Origin: Candidatus Gottesmanbacteria bacterium RIFCSPLOWO2_01_FULL_43_11b | GTDB taxonomy: Bacteria; Patescibacteriota; Microgenomatia; UBA10105; UBA927 | DNA: 64,000 nt | Assembly: GCA_001780985.1 (NCBI GenBank) | Contig: MFJV01000001.1 | Span: 517,099-581,098, forward strand | Reading direction: 5' to 3' | Part shown: positions 18,921 through 28,310 of the stretch, piece after piece | Layout of the letters: the number at the start of each line of letters is the position of its first letter | Position numbering within the stretch: position 1 is the first letter of the stretch | Program-made: the position numbers and the translations under genes | Notes under the pieces: model-generated | Databases searched by the model: none | Told to the model about the DNA's origin: nothing | The model's input: the letters and a program-made list of their open reading frames with translations, nothing else

Positions 18921-20437
18921 AAAATTTTACTCTCTTGCTCGTTTTTTTTCTCGCGCTTACTCTTCGCGTGTACCATTTAGGAGTGTTACCCAACGGGTTT
19001 TATGAAGAAGAAGTAACCAATGCCTACGTTGGCCGGTTTATTTTTGAAAACGGGAGAGATCTTTACGGCAATTGGTTCCCGCTACTCTATTTTGATAAAT
19101 TCGGTGACTTTCCTCCGGTGCTCCCCATGTATGTATCCGGACTCTCAACATATTTTTTTGGACTCACTGAATTTGCTGCGCGGTTTCCCACAGCGTTTAT
19201 AGGAGCACTTGCAGTATTCCCGATTTTTGGTCTTGCATACTTTTTTTTCAAAGACAAACGCGCGGGTTTCATGGCCTCTCTCCTTTTGGCGATAACACCG
19301 TGGCACGTCGTATTATCTCGAACATCAGCAGAAGGAGTGATCGGATTTACTGCATTTACCTATGGACTTTTATGGGTATTAACGAAAAAGCGGTACGGTT
19401 TTCTCTTGCTGTTTCTTTGTTATTTTCTCTATCCCGGTCTTCGTCTCATCATTCCGTTGGCTCTCCTTCCCTTTATTAAAAAATACTTTAAACCAACACT
19501 GTTTCTTTTTTTCCTCACGGCTTTGATTGCGATAACACCATGGGGAAAGGGAAGATTTGTGCAAACCTCGCTTTTCAACAACTCCGAAATGCGGCAGCAA
19601 ATTACTCAAACCCAACAGAACTTTTTATACACAACAAAAAACCCGTATGCTCGTGTATTTCACAACAAAGTAGTCGGTTACGCACGGGAATTTGTTAATC
19701 AGTTTACGAGTTACTTTTCTCCCCGACACTTATTTTTAGAAGCCGGAGGACAGCCGCGTTATTTTAGTGTTCCTGCTCAAGGGCTGTTGTATATAACCAT
19801 GGGAGTACTCATTGTTATCTCGTTTATTGGGGGCGTTTTTTGGTATATTGCGTATTTACTTCTTGTTACTCCCTTGCCAGCAGTACTCACTGTAGATTTT
19901 GTTCCACACGCCCACCGATCACTATTTCTTCTTCTTCCCATGATTCTTCTTGCTGCTTTGGGGTACAAATATATTCACAAAATAAAATTTATCCCCGTTA
20001 TTTTTTTGCTTGCACTGTTAGTTGAAGGTATATTTTTCTGGCATCAATATGCCAATTACAGTGATTCCTATCACAGTATTTTGCGAAATGATGGAGATAA
20101 AGAGCTTGCACAATATCTCATCAGAGAACAAGCCGCGTATGAAAAAATTATCATGCCGCCGTTTGCAAGGCTGCCGATTTACTACCTCTATTTTTCAGGA
20201 AATTTTGATGTGTCACTTATCGGCCAATTTCAGTCGCAACTGCAAATGAAAAGGTTGGGAAAAATTGATTTTGCCTCTGATTGGTGCCCGACAAAATTTC
20301 TTAACAAATCAGAAATACCATCATCAACACTGATTGTAGAAAACGGCGACTGCGGAGGGACACTGGGATATAGAGGAATAGAACAAATTATGCGCCTCGA
20401 CAGCACTCGCGCTTACAATCTCGTTATCCCTGAATAA
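18917..20437 (+). CDS. GT-C (GT39-like) membrane glycosyltransferase
   Basis: EEVTNAY...FGDFPPV...FAARFP and multiple TM helices; GTG start. Confidence 0.8.
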   Translation: MKNFTLLLVFFLALTLRVYHLGVLPNGFYEEEVTNAYVGRFIFENGRDLYGNWFPLLYFDKFGDFPPVLPMYVSGLSTYFFGLTEFAARFPTAFIGALAVFPIFGLAYFFFKDKRAGFMASLLLAITPWHVVLSRTSAEGVIGFTAFTYGLLWVLTKKRYGFLLLFLCYFLYPGLRLIIPLALLPFIKKYFKPTLFLFFLTALIAITPWGKGRFVQTSLFNNSEMRQQITQTQQNFLYTTKNPYARVFHNKVVGYAREFVNQFTSYFSPRHLFLEAGGQPRYFSVPAQGLLYITMGVLIVISFIGGVFWYIAYLLLVTPLPAVLTVDFVPHAHRSLFLLLPMILLAALGYKYIHKIKFIPVIFLLALLVEGIFFWHQYANYSDSYHSILRNDGDKELAQYLIREQAAYEKIIMPPFARLPIYYLYFSGNFDVSLIGQFQSQLQMKRLGKIDFASDWCPTKFLNKSEIPSSTLIVENGDCGGTLGYRGIEQIMRLDSTRAYNLVIPE

Positions 20438-20440
20438 AGT

Positions 20441-21169
20441 TTAACTTCCGCAGGATTCGCTCTGACTTTCGACCTCAAACATATGGTCGCGGCTTACTTT
20501 TTGCGAAAGATCGACATTTGCATCATTTCCTGCAACAAAAAGGACACTATCATATTTTGTGATAGGTTCTTTCAGTATATTTTCAACTCTGACACCATTG
20601 ACGTATCCCGCAACTTCTTGTGCGGAGGGAAATTCATAGCGAATATTTGTAAACAGATCTTTCCACGTAGCGTCGTTTCGATGCACATGGACGACATCAC
20701 CAACTCCGTCATGGAGATGCGCTTTTTCGAGTTGTTCATCTTCTTCTACCTCATGACCTTCTTCATCACAGGCTTCAACGTGCATATATTTAGTATCAGA
20801 AAAATCCTGTTTAACTCCATCGACATAAACAAGAAAACCTGCGTGGTAGTGGACTTCTTCTATGGATCTTCCGATGCCTGAAAAAAGAAGCCCGAGAGCA
20901 ATTGCGGTCAAAACGCCAAATATCGCAATAGTCTGCAAAAATAGTTTTACTGCCTGTTTTTTCTTGTTGTCGAAATAAAGCTGGAGGGGCTGATAGCAGA
21001 ATAGATATCCCATGACAGCGGCTGAAAGAGTAAAGAGAGACATGGCGGCAATGGGGGCAAGAAAATTAGAGACGCGGGGAGCGTATTTAGAGCCGATAGT
21101 CATCACTGCGGCAACGATAACAATATAGACGCTTGCAGCAATGGCATTGAGCAGCGGATTCTTCGTCAT
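20441..21169 (-). CDS. three-TM membrane protein fused to a His-rich putative metal-binding domain
   Basis: TM region then VHYHAGF...AHLHDG.GDVVHVH...SCGS. Confidence 0.65.
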   Translation of the reverse strand: MTKNPLLNAIAASVYIVIVAAVMTIGSKYAPRVSNFLAPIAAMSLFTLSAAVMGYLFCYQPLQLYFDNKKKQAVKLFLQTIAIFGVLTAIALGLLFSGIGRSIEEVHYHAGFLVYVDGVKQDFSDTKYMHVEACDEEGHEVEEDEQLEKAHLHDGVGDVVHVHRNDATWKDLFTNIRYEFPSAQEVAGYVNGVRVENILKEPITKYDSVLFVAGNDANVDLSQKVSRDHMFEVESQSESCGS

Positions 21170-21209
21170 AGCGGCTTAATTATAGTATAATAGCCATGTT
21201 CTTTACCAT

Positions 21210-21285
21210 TCCCCTGTGGCGCAATGGTAGCGCGGCCGCCTGTTAAGCGGAAGGTTTGTCGGTTCGAGTCCGACCGGGGGAGCCA
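21210..21285 (+). tRNA. tRNA-Asn(GTT)
   Basis: CCGC-CT GTT AA-GCGG; encoded CCA; TATAAT at 21186-21191. Confidence 0.95.
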
Positions 21286-21639
21286 TCTTTCGCCAAGGCT
21301 TCAGATGGTTATGTTTTACACATACATTCTGAAAAGCTCAAAATCTAACCTATTTTATACAGGTTGGACTACTGATTTGCAAAAGAGAGTGAAACAGCAT
21401 AATAGCGGCGAGTCTTTTGCAAGTAAACCATATAGGCCGTGGACGTTAGTGTACTATTCAGCATTTGAAACTGAAAAGCTAGCAAAAGATTTTGAGCGAT
21501 ACTTAAAATCTGGATCGGGAAAGGCTTTCTCAAGGAAACGGTTCCTGAAGCCTTGAAGAAAGATGTTTCTCGGTGTTAAGGTGTTCGTAGCCATCCTTCA
21601 TTGAAATTTTGGATGGCGAAGTACACCGACCAGGGGAGC
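21284..21639. mobile_element. GIY-YIG mini-element with inverted repeats and a duplicated tRNA 3' end
   Basis: 21-bp inverted repeats (19/21) at 21284-21304 and 21545-21565; hairpin 21580-21627; CCGACCAGGGGAGC at 21626-21639. Confidence 0.6.
21311..21556 (+). CDS. stand-alone GIY-YIG nuclease (UPF0213-like)
   Basis: YTYILKS...FYTGWT.DL.KR..QHN.G...RPW.LVYY...FE.YLKSG. Confidence 0.92.
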   Translation: MFYTYILKSSKSNLFYTGWTTDLQKRVKQHNSGESFASKPYRPWTLVYYSAFETEKLAKDFERYLKSGSGKAFSRKRFLKP

Positions 21640-21654
21640 ACTAAATTTTCACTT

Positions 21655-22236
21655 TTATATTACTGATGTAGCAACAAGATTATACAGGCCATGGGCAGCC
21701 ATAGAGTAAACAAGAGAATTTCCACCTTTTTCGTCTTTGGCAAAGCCAAAATAAACCCCAACCCAACCGGTCATGGCTGCAGTTGGTAATGAATAACCTT
21801 TCACTAAATGGACTAAAGCAAAAAGGATATTGGAAGCCGCCAAACTAAACCAAATATTCCCCCCAAATCTTTTTTTAAAATCTTCCTGCAAATATCCCCG
21901 GAAGAAAAATTCTTCTGCAAAAGAACCAATCAGTAGCATTAAAGGAAATATGCTGGGAGCTACAAACGGTTTCCCCGTCAAAGACCATCTAAAATATAAA
22001 ACTACCGGCAGGAGAAACACAAAAAATATTCCCATTAGGGGTTTGCCAACCCTAAAACCCAAATCCGCAAAGAAAAATTTTTTAAAAAGAATGAGTAGAG
22101 CAGGCAGGAGAAATAGGACTAGATAATAAGGATCAAAAGGCATTAAGCCAGTTGCCTGAATAGGGCGGCGCAGAGCATAGGTAGCAATCACAACTGCCGA
22201 CAAAAAAATAGGCACCAGGACAGAAGTTTGTTTCAT
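21655..22236 (-). CDS. CPBP (CAAX/Abi) intramembrane metalloprotease
   Basis: EEFFFRG, FALVH, HGLYN. Confidence 0.92.
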   Translation of the reverse strand: MKQTSVLVPIFLSAVVIATYALRRPIQATGLMPFDPYYLVLFLLPALLILFKKFFFADLGFRVGKPLMGIFFVFLLPVVLYFRWSLTGKPFVAPSIFPLMLLIGSFAEEFFFRGYLQEDFKKRFGGNIWFSLAASNILFALVHLVKGYSLPTAAMTGWVGVYFGFAKDEKGGNSLVYSMAAHGLYNLVATSVI

Positions 22237-22294
22237 TAATTCTACTGTACACCCCCTCTTGATAACGAGTCAAATAAGGAATACAGTTTATTTA

Positions 22295-22945
22295 ATGCAC
22301 AGGATATTACTGTATATTGGGGGAATAATTTTTGCCCTATTTGTCATTATGTCTTCCCCCAAGCCTACTCTGGCTGCCCCTCTGGGTGATATCTTTTCCT
22401 CCCAGGACTCTCTTTTTGTAAGAATTCAAGAAAGAATCGAGTATTTCTTCGCGTTTAATGTACAGCAAAAAGTCATTGTTTTGGAAAAGCAGGCAGAAAG
22501 AAGGCTGACGCGGGCAGAAAACCTGGTAAAAACAAAGGATGTTAGTCAAGTCCTATCTTTGATTAAAAGTTATGAAACTCTTAAAGAAAAACAAGGTGAT
22601 TTGATAAGGGGCGCGCCGACAACAGTTCTGGATAAGGCAAAAGAACAAACTATTAAACAACAGGCCAGAATTGAGGTTATGAAGGAAGATATGTCTGAGG
22701 AGGCGAAAGAATTAATTGAAGACGGTCAAAAAACAGTCATAAAAACAATGATTGATACTATAGATGACAGTGGGACGAAAGAGAATAAAGATGAAGCAAC
22801 CGAGTTTGCCGAAGAAATAAAAAATGTTATAGACCCGGGAAGCAACATCTTTGTTCCGGGAACTAATGAAGTCGCCCCGGGTACTCTCGAAGTTGCTCCT
22901 GGTACCTCTGAGGTCGCTCCCGGTGTACAAGATATTAAACCATGA
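22295..22945 (+). CDS. DUF5667-like exported protein with C-terminal heptad repeats
   Basis: Signal peptide, RIQERIEYFFAF...QAERRL; EVAPG three times. Confidence 0.65.
   Translation: MHRILLYIGGIIFALFVIMSSPKPTLAAPLGDIFSSQDSLFVRIQERIEYFFAFNVQQKVIVLEKQAERRLTRAENLVKTKDVSQVLSLIKSYETLKEKQGDLIRGAPTTVLDKAKEQTIKQQARIEVMKEDMSEEAKELIEDGQKTVIKTMIDTIDDSGTKENKDEATEFAEEIKNVIDPGSNIFVPGTNEVAPGTLEVAPGTSEVAPGVQDIKP
22852..22926 (+). repeat. coding 21-nt tandem repeat (xEVAPGT), about 3.5 copies
   Basis: VPGTNEVAPGTLEVAPGTSEVAPGV. Confidence 0.8.
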
Positions 22946-23145
22946 AATCCTGACTACGCATCCTAATGTTCCGAGTATTCGCCAATCAGATAGGTATAAT
23001 TACAATTTTCTCCTTACCCGAAATGTCAGGGGGGTTAGATAGAGAGAAGTTGCTTGGTTTGTTGAAGCACTAAGTCTGGATAGTCGATGATTGTTAACCA
23101 ATCAATTATTCGGTAATCGTCCCACTTGGCGAGCAAGCTAGGACG

Positions 23146-24129
23146 TTAATCTTCCTCGAGTTGTTTTTCTTCAATAGATTCCTCTCCAGTCTTTTTATTT
23201 TTCCAGTAGATAATGGCTCCAATACTCATCCCTCCGAGCCCGAATAGTATCATAACAATTGAGGGTAACATTTTTGTATTTGAAGAATCGGAGACGAGAG
23301 TTGGTATTTTTGGAATGGGTGTCTCGGTGGGGGTGGGTGTTTGTGTTAGTGTTGGCGTTAGTGTTGGGGTAGGTGTGGGAGTTGACGTTATTCTTACCCC
23401 TCCAACGACGGCTGAAAGTTCGTTGGAATAGCTTCCGGGAGCGCATCCGTTCCCCGCTTTTACCACAAAATAATACGTTGTTCCATACGCTAAGCTGCCA
23501 ACGGTATATGAGATTGTGCCTTTTCCGCCAACACTGGGATTTCCATAGGTATACTGTTTCGATGATGTGCCATAGGCAACAAGATAATAACTGACCGGAT
23601 CTGCGGCTTCGCTCCACGTTAATGTTATTTGGTTTGCACCAGTTACTTCTGCGGATTGTAACATTGGGACACTGGTAGGGGCAGAATCTTTACAGGAGGG
23701 GTCCGGCGCAAGGGAGGCTGGAGTGAATGTTACCCAAACGCTACCCAGTGTAACCGGCGGGAGGTCACTTGTATCGGTTAGTGTAAATGTTACGGTTCCC
23801 GGACTTGCGTTTCGGCTACTTACGGTAAAATTGACTTTTCCATTTGAGTCCGTTGCCGCAGTATGATGGTTCACTCCCACTGGTCCTCCGTTAATAACGA
23901 GTCCCGAGTCGGCACTGCTCGTCAATTTAATATGATCCCCAGAGAGAGAATTCTTGAAACTATCTTTGACTGTCACTGAAATGGTTGCGGTTGTTGCTCC
24001 ATCCGCAGGAAGCGACGTAGTGCTAGTTGAAATACTTGAATTCACCGGGTCTGCATTATTATTTGCGAAAGTCGGATGTAGGGAAAAAATGAAAATAACA
24101 AAAAAGAAGACAACAGCAATGACACGCAT
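23146..24129 (-). CDS. surface protein: invasin-type Ig-like (Big_1) + fibronectin III + PT linker + TM anchor
   Basis: PADG.TTATISVTVKD...TDSNGKVNF; ITLTW...YYLVAYG...TYYFVVKAGNGC; TP repeats. Confidence 0.85.
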   Translation of the reverse strand: MRVIAVVFFFVIFIFSLHPTFANNNADPVNSSISTSTTSLPADGATTATISVTVKDSFKNSLSGDHIKLTSSADSGLVINGGPVGVNHHTAATDSNGKVNFTVSSRNASPGTVTFTLTDTSDLPPVTLGSVWVTFTPASLAPDPSCKDSAPTSVPMLQSAEVTGANQITLTWSEAADPVSYYLVAYGTSSKQYTYGNPSVGGKGTISYTVGSLAYGTTYYFVVKAGNGCAPGSYSNELSAVVGGVRITSTPTPTPTLTPTLTQTPTPTETPIPKIPTLVSDSSNTKMLPSIVMILFGLGGMSIGAIIYWKNKKTGEESIEEKQLEED

Positions 24130-24165
24130 ACTATTCAGTATAGTATGCTTTCTCTATGAGATCAC

Positions 24166-24429
24166 CTATCTTTGGGCCCCAGTTGGTTGGGGTGGTGGTA
24201 CATTATTCGGTTGTTGCACTTGTCCGCCGGGCCGCTGGTCATTCCCTTGAAATGGTTGTTGGTTTATTCCGCTTTGTTGGAGTTGTCCTGCTGGTTGATT
24301 TGTCATTTGATTAAATTTCGCTAAAGAGTTGGTGACCACAAGAGAAACAACAACCCCAAAAAGCAAAATCCCAAGAGGCACCCAGATAATATAAAAAATC
24401 AGTTGTAAAATTTTGTTTGCATTATCCAT
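24166..24429 (-). CDS. small membrane protein with Q/P-rich tail
   Basis: One TM helix; strong SD AAGGGGGTGA upstream. Confidence 0.7.
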   Translation of the reverse strand: MDNANKILQLIFYIIWVPLGILLFGVVVSLVVTNSLAKFNQMTNQPAGQLQQSGINQQPFQGNDQRPGGQVQQPNNVPPPQPTGAQR

Positions 24430-24544
24430 TTAACTTAATCACCCCCTTAAGATCAATTCTCTCACAATTTCAGTATACTACAGACAAATCAATTGGTCTG
24501 TCTGAAATCGCCCCAGTAAGCGAGCAAATAATTGTTCACTAACA

Positions 24545-24841
24545 TTAAAGTTTTGACAATACATACGAGACGGAGCGGCCGCGGCCGATTTTTGTAAGAT
24601 TCCCCTGATTCACCAGAAAGTTGAGATAATTTGCAGCGGTTGCACGGGAGATCTTGAGTTCTTCGCGGATATTTCTATTCGTAATTGGTCCCACTTTTGC
24701 GAGCGAAAGAATTGCAGTAAGCCGCCCATCACGACGAGTTTTACGTACTTCGTTGGCTTTCTCGCGGATAATTGAAAGACGTTTTTTTGTGATAGTCTCG
24801 ATGAGTTCCTCAAGGGGGATTTCCTGTGGGTAGCTATCCAT
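24545..24841 (-). CDS. winged-helix DNA-binding protein
   Basis: ITNRNIREELKISRATAANYL..LV.QG.L.KIG.GRSVSY. Confidence 0.8.
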   Translation of the reverse strand: MDSYPQEIPLEELIETITKKRLSIIREKANEVRKTRRDGRLTAILSLAKVGPITNRNIREELKISRATAANYLNFLVNQGNLTKIGRGRSVSYVLSKL

Positions 24842-24873
24842 AATTGTCTATTTTCATCCATTTTAGACAATTA
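24841..24873. promoter_or_regulatory. 10-bp perfect inverted repeat, probable operator
   Basis: TAATTGTCTA-N13-TAGACAATTA overlapping a minus-strand promoter (TTGACT at 24878-24873). Confidence 0.6.
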
Positions 24874-24969
24874 GTCAAGAAAAGTGACACAATAAATACA
24901 TGGAAATAGGAAAGGCTGTACGACCCCATACACTCGTAGTGGATGATCGTTTTATATAATGCCAAGTGT

Positions 24970-25701
24970 ATGTTTGCACATCCTGTTTTCTATGCGTTAC
25001 TTGCTACGCTTTTTACGTGGGGAGTGACAGCGGTTGGGGCGGCGGGAGTGCTCGTGTACAAGAAAGCAAATCAAAACGTTCTTGACGGGATGCTTGGATT
25101 TACTGCCGGAGTCATGATCGCCGCGAGTTTTTGGTCGCTTCTAGCTCCATCGATTGCGCTTGCCCGCAGTTTTGGCGCTATCCCGTGGGTTCCTCCGCTT
25201 GTCGGGTTTCTCACTGGAGGTGCGTTTCTGTTTGCAGTTGATAAGCTCCTTCCTCATCTTCATCTTTATGCGCCACAAAAAGAAACAGAGGGAGTAAAAA
25301 CCGGATGGCATAAAACGTTTCTTCTTTTTTTGGCAATTACGCTCCACAATATTCCCGAGGGTTTGGCAATTGGGGTTGCCTTTGGTGCCGCTTCGCTTGC
25401 TATCCCCGGAGTAACTTTGGTAAACGCAATAGCACTCGCAGTCGGTATCGGGATCCAAAATTTTCCTGAGGGGTTTGCCGTTTCGATGCCGTTTCGGAGA
25501 GAAGGGGTGAGCCGCTTTAAAAGTTTTCTGTACGGACAAGCATCGGCACTTGTCGAGCCGGTTGCTGCGGGAGCGATGATCTATGTATCGGTTGAAGAGA
25601 TTATTCCGGAATCTCAGACACGCGGTACCGACAGTGCAACCATTGGCGCCATGATTGGATTTGCAATTATGATGACTCTGGATGTTGCCTTCAGCCCATA
25701 G
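24970..25701 (+). CDS. ZIP family metal transporter (GufA/ZupT-like), apparent internal deletion
   Basis: LHNIPEG, IQNFPEG, AAGAMIYVSVEEIIPE. Confidence 0.88.
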   Translation: MFAHPVFYALLATLFTWGVTAVGAAGVLVYKKANQNVLDGMLGFTAGVMIAASFWSLLAPSIALARSFGAIPWVPPLVGFLTGGAFLFAVDKLLPHLHLYAPQKETEGVKTGWHKTFLLFLAITLHNIPEGLAIGVAFGAASLAIPGVTLVNAIALAVGIGIQNFPEGFAVSMPFRREGVSRFKSFLYGQASALVEPVAAGAMIYVSVEEIIPESQTRGTDSATIGAMIGFAIMMTLDVAFSP

Positions 25702-25755
25702 CTAGCAAAAACCCCTCTTGACAATGAATTAATTTTGGGCATGAAATAAAATACT

Positions 25756-26346
25756 ATGGTTCTTCAAAAAACTATATCCGCGCTTGAGAGCAAAGGATAT
25801 ACCGTTATCGTTGTAAAGAACGGGAAAGAGGCATTGGAATACATAAAGAAAATTATTCCACAAGGCGCTTCTGTTATGAACGGATCCTCTGTTACCCTCG
25901 AACAGATAGGATATGAGACGTATCTAGGGAGTGGGAATCACGGGTGGGTTGATCTTCACGCAAAAGTAAACGCAGAATCTGACCGAGAAAAAAGAAGGAA
26001 ATTGCGGCGTGAGTCAGTCCTATCCGACTATTACGTCGGTAGCGTTCATGCGCTTATTCAAACCGGAGAATTTGTGATGGCATCAAATAGCGGCAGTCAA
26101 CTTCCCCACATTGTTTTTACTTCTCATAATCTCCTCTTTGTGGTGAGCACCAAAAAAATTGTACCGACTCTGGATGAAGGCATGAAACGCGTGCGGGAAT
26201 ACGTTTTTCCGCTTGAGGATACACACATGAAAGAGAAATACGGTGTGGGAACGGGACTCAATAAAATACTCATCTTCCGTGGTGAGATGCCGGCAAGCGG
26301 TCGCAAGATTACTTTCCTTCTCGTAGAAGAAAATTTAGGTTTTTGA
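25756..26346 (+). CDS. LUD domain (LutC/YkgG-like) protein
   Basis: GSSVTLEQIG, SVHAL..TGE...ASNSGSQ, KKIV..LDE, EENLGF; TTGACA upstream. Confidence 0.85.
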   Translation: MVLQKTISALESKGYTVIVVKNGKEALEYIKKIIPQGASVMNGSSVTLEQIGYETYLGSGNHGWVDLHAKVNAESDREKRRKLRRESVLSDYYVGSVHALIQTGEFVMASNSGSQLPHIVFTSHNLLFVVSTKKIVPTLDEGMKRVREYVFPLEDTHMKEKYGVGTGLNKILIFRGEMPASGRKITFLLVEENLGF

Positions 26347-26358
26347 TTTTTGGCGAGT

Positions 26359-27111
26359 ATGCAGATTTCGCTTCTCATGATCATAATTGTTATTTTGTGG
26401 CTCGTGCCCGCACTTCTTGATCATTTAACAGGAAAATTTATATATGTCGTAGTTGCCGCACTTGTGGCGATTATCGCACATGGAATATATTTTTTCGGTC
26501 CTCACATACTGTACCTACTTTTAATAACGTATGTGATAAGCACGGTTGCGGAACTCGTTGCTCTCAAAACACCGATAAACTGCTTTGGCGTACGGTACTG
26601 GTACAATATTAAGAACCCATTTTTTTCTTCAAAGGTTAATTATCTCGGAGTGTATCCCCTTGAAATATCGCTCGCGTGGGTAATATTCAAATACATGTCG
26701 TTTATCCTTGCGCTCCTTATAACATCTGCATTTTCGCTTTCTCCTCCATGGATTATTGTGTTAACCCCGCTCATTCTTGTTTCATTGGATTTCATTATCG
26801 ATCCCGTTTCAGTACACACAGGAAAGCTCTGGCAGTGGGAAAAAGGAAGTTTCTATTTTGGCATTCCCCTTAGAAATTTTTTAGGCTGGTACGTGGTCGG
26901 GTTTATTTCAACGCTGCTATTTACTCTTATCGATCAAGGCAAGCCGGTAACGTTTCACATTCTTTATGTCCTCCCGATTCTCTTTTACGCCTCAGTACTC
27001 AAGCGGGTACCGGCGATGATGAAACTCAATCGACGTCTGGCAATCCTCGGTTCTCTTCCGGTAGTTTTTTGGGTTGGTTTAGGTTTAGTTAGTTTATATA
27101 CCCTCATTTGA
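26359..27111 (+). CDS. CruF/DUF422-like membrane protein
   Basis: AE...T...FG..Y, GVYPL.I.LAW, DFIIDPV, WQW, FGIPLRNFLGW. Confidence 0.8.
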   Translation: MQISLLMIIIVILWLVPALLDHLTGKFIYVVVAALVAIIAHGIYFFGPHILYLLLITYVISTVAELVALKTPINCFGVRYWYNIKNPFFSSKVNYLGVYPLEISLAWVIFKYMSFILALLITSAFSLSPPWIIVLTPLILVSLDFIIDPVSVHTGKLWQWEKGSFYFGIPLRNFLGWYVVGFISTLLFTLIDQGKPVTFHILYVLPILFYASVLKRVPAMMKLNRRLAILGSLPVVFWVGLGLVSLYTLI

Positions 27112-27158
27112 TTTCTTCCAGTGTCGGATTTATAATGCGGATTGATCGTACGCTCTAT

Positions 27159-28310
27159 ATGAATATTCGCACATTTCTCATCGGTTTTCTGGTAGTACTT
27201 TTTATTGGTGGCGTTGGTTACAAAGTTTTTGAACGTCAACAAGAGGGGTCGTTTGTTAACTGGTATGACCAAACGTTGAAGGAAGAGTTCGACTTATCAG
27301 TTGAGGTCAATAAGGCACAAAAAGAAGGGTATTCAAGTGTCCAAAATTACACAACAGCCGATGCCAACCGCCCGCTTTCTGATACCCTTGATTCAATTGA
27401 TGAAATAATTAGCGCGACAAAACTACTTCAAAATCAACAGACAGAATACAACCGCGTCGTTGAAGAAAATCAAAAAGATGTAGAGAAATTCGTTCGCCGG
27501 GCAAAATTTTTCTTTAGCAATAAAGAATATCAAGAACTCCTACAAACTCTCACCGATTCTTATGGAGAGCGCAAATATATTCGGGATGTTAATAGTATCA
27601 GAATCGATTTTATTCTTAACCTTTTTGAGGTTTTGCGCGATTTCGAAATTGCGCAGGATCACTACAGAAAATACGGTAGTTCCTCATTCGAGACAATCGG
27701 AGATACCTACGGAGAGCTATCTAGCCTTGAAAAGTATGCACAGAATGACTTTTCCTTTAAAAATCAAGAGGCGATAAAAGAGAAGTTGTCGTTTGAATTT
27801 GATGTTTTAACACGGTACCGTGAATATCTCAAGTCGTATTACGTAGTACTCCGAGATCTTGCAAGGGGTAATTACGACACTGCTTCATATAAACGGGGGA
27901 AACTCGCAACCGACTCCTATAACCTCGCTATCGATTGGGACAGACTGTGGAGAGACTCGGACGCGGTAGTTTCTAATAAAACAAAATCTCTCTTGTCTTC
28001 CTATCTTACCCAGTGGGAGGCAGTCAATGATCTCGGAAAAGATTTTTCATCACTTGACTTACTCCTCTGTCGCATTTATTCGACAAAGCTTGACCTCTAT
28101 TCGATTGTCACAGATAAAGAATCTCATGCAACATCAAGTGGAGATCTCCTTTTGGATCTATCTTCCGTGGCTCCTAAAACGACGGATCTCGACAAACTCG
28201 TTGATGCTTCCATTATCGAGTACGCATACGCAACAGATAGCGCAACACTTTTTACTTGTCACAACCGGAAAACGAATGAGAGTTACACGTTTAGTTACTC
28301 CATGAACTAG
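27159..28310 (+). CDS. membrane-anchored helical hypothetical protein
   Basis: N-terminal TM, coiled-coil-like body, long ORF. Confidence 0.7.
   Translation: MNIRTFLIGFLVVLFIGGVGYKVFERQQEGSFVNWYDQTLKEEFDLSVEVNKAQKEGYSSVQNYTTADANRPLSDTLDSIDEIISATKLLQNQQTEYNRVVEENQKDVEKFVRRAKFFFSNKEYQELLQTLTDSYGERKYIRDVNSIRIDFILNLFEVLRDFEIAQDHYRKYGSSSFETIGDTYGELSSLEKYAQNDFSFKNQEAIKEKLSFEFDVLTRYREYLKSYYVVLRDLARGNYDTASYKRGKLATDSYNLAIDWDRLWRDSDAVVSNKTKSLLSSYLTQWEAVNDLGKDFSSLDLLLCRIYSTKLDLYSIVTDKESHATSSGDLLLDLSSVAPKTTDLDKLVDASIIEYAYATDSATLFTCHNRKTNESYTFSYSMN

Noticed and set aside
21210-21639. Intron-split tRNA-Asn
   Set aside because: The proximal copy is already a complete cloverleaf with CCA, and no group I core was recognised; better read as a 3'-end duplication
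23320-23385. GT-rich tandem repeat
   Set aside because: Encodes the ordinary Pro-Thr linker of the surface protein
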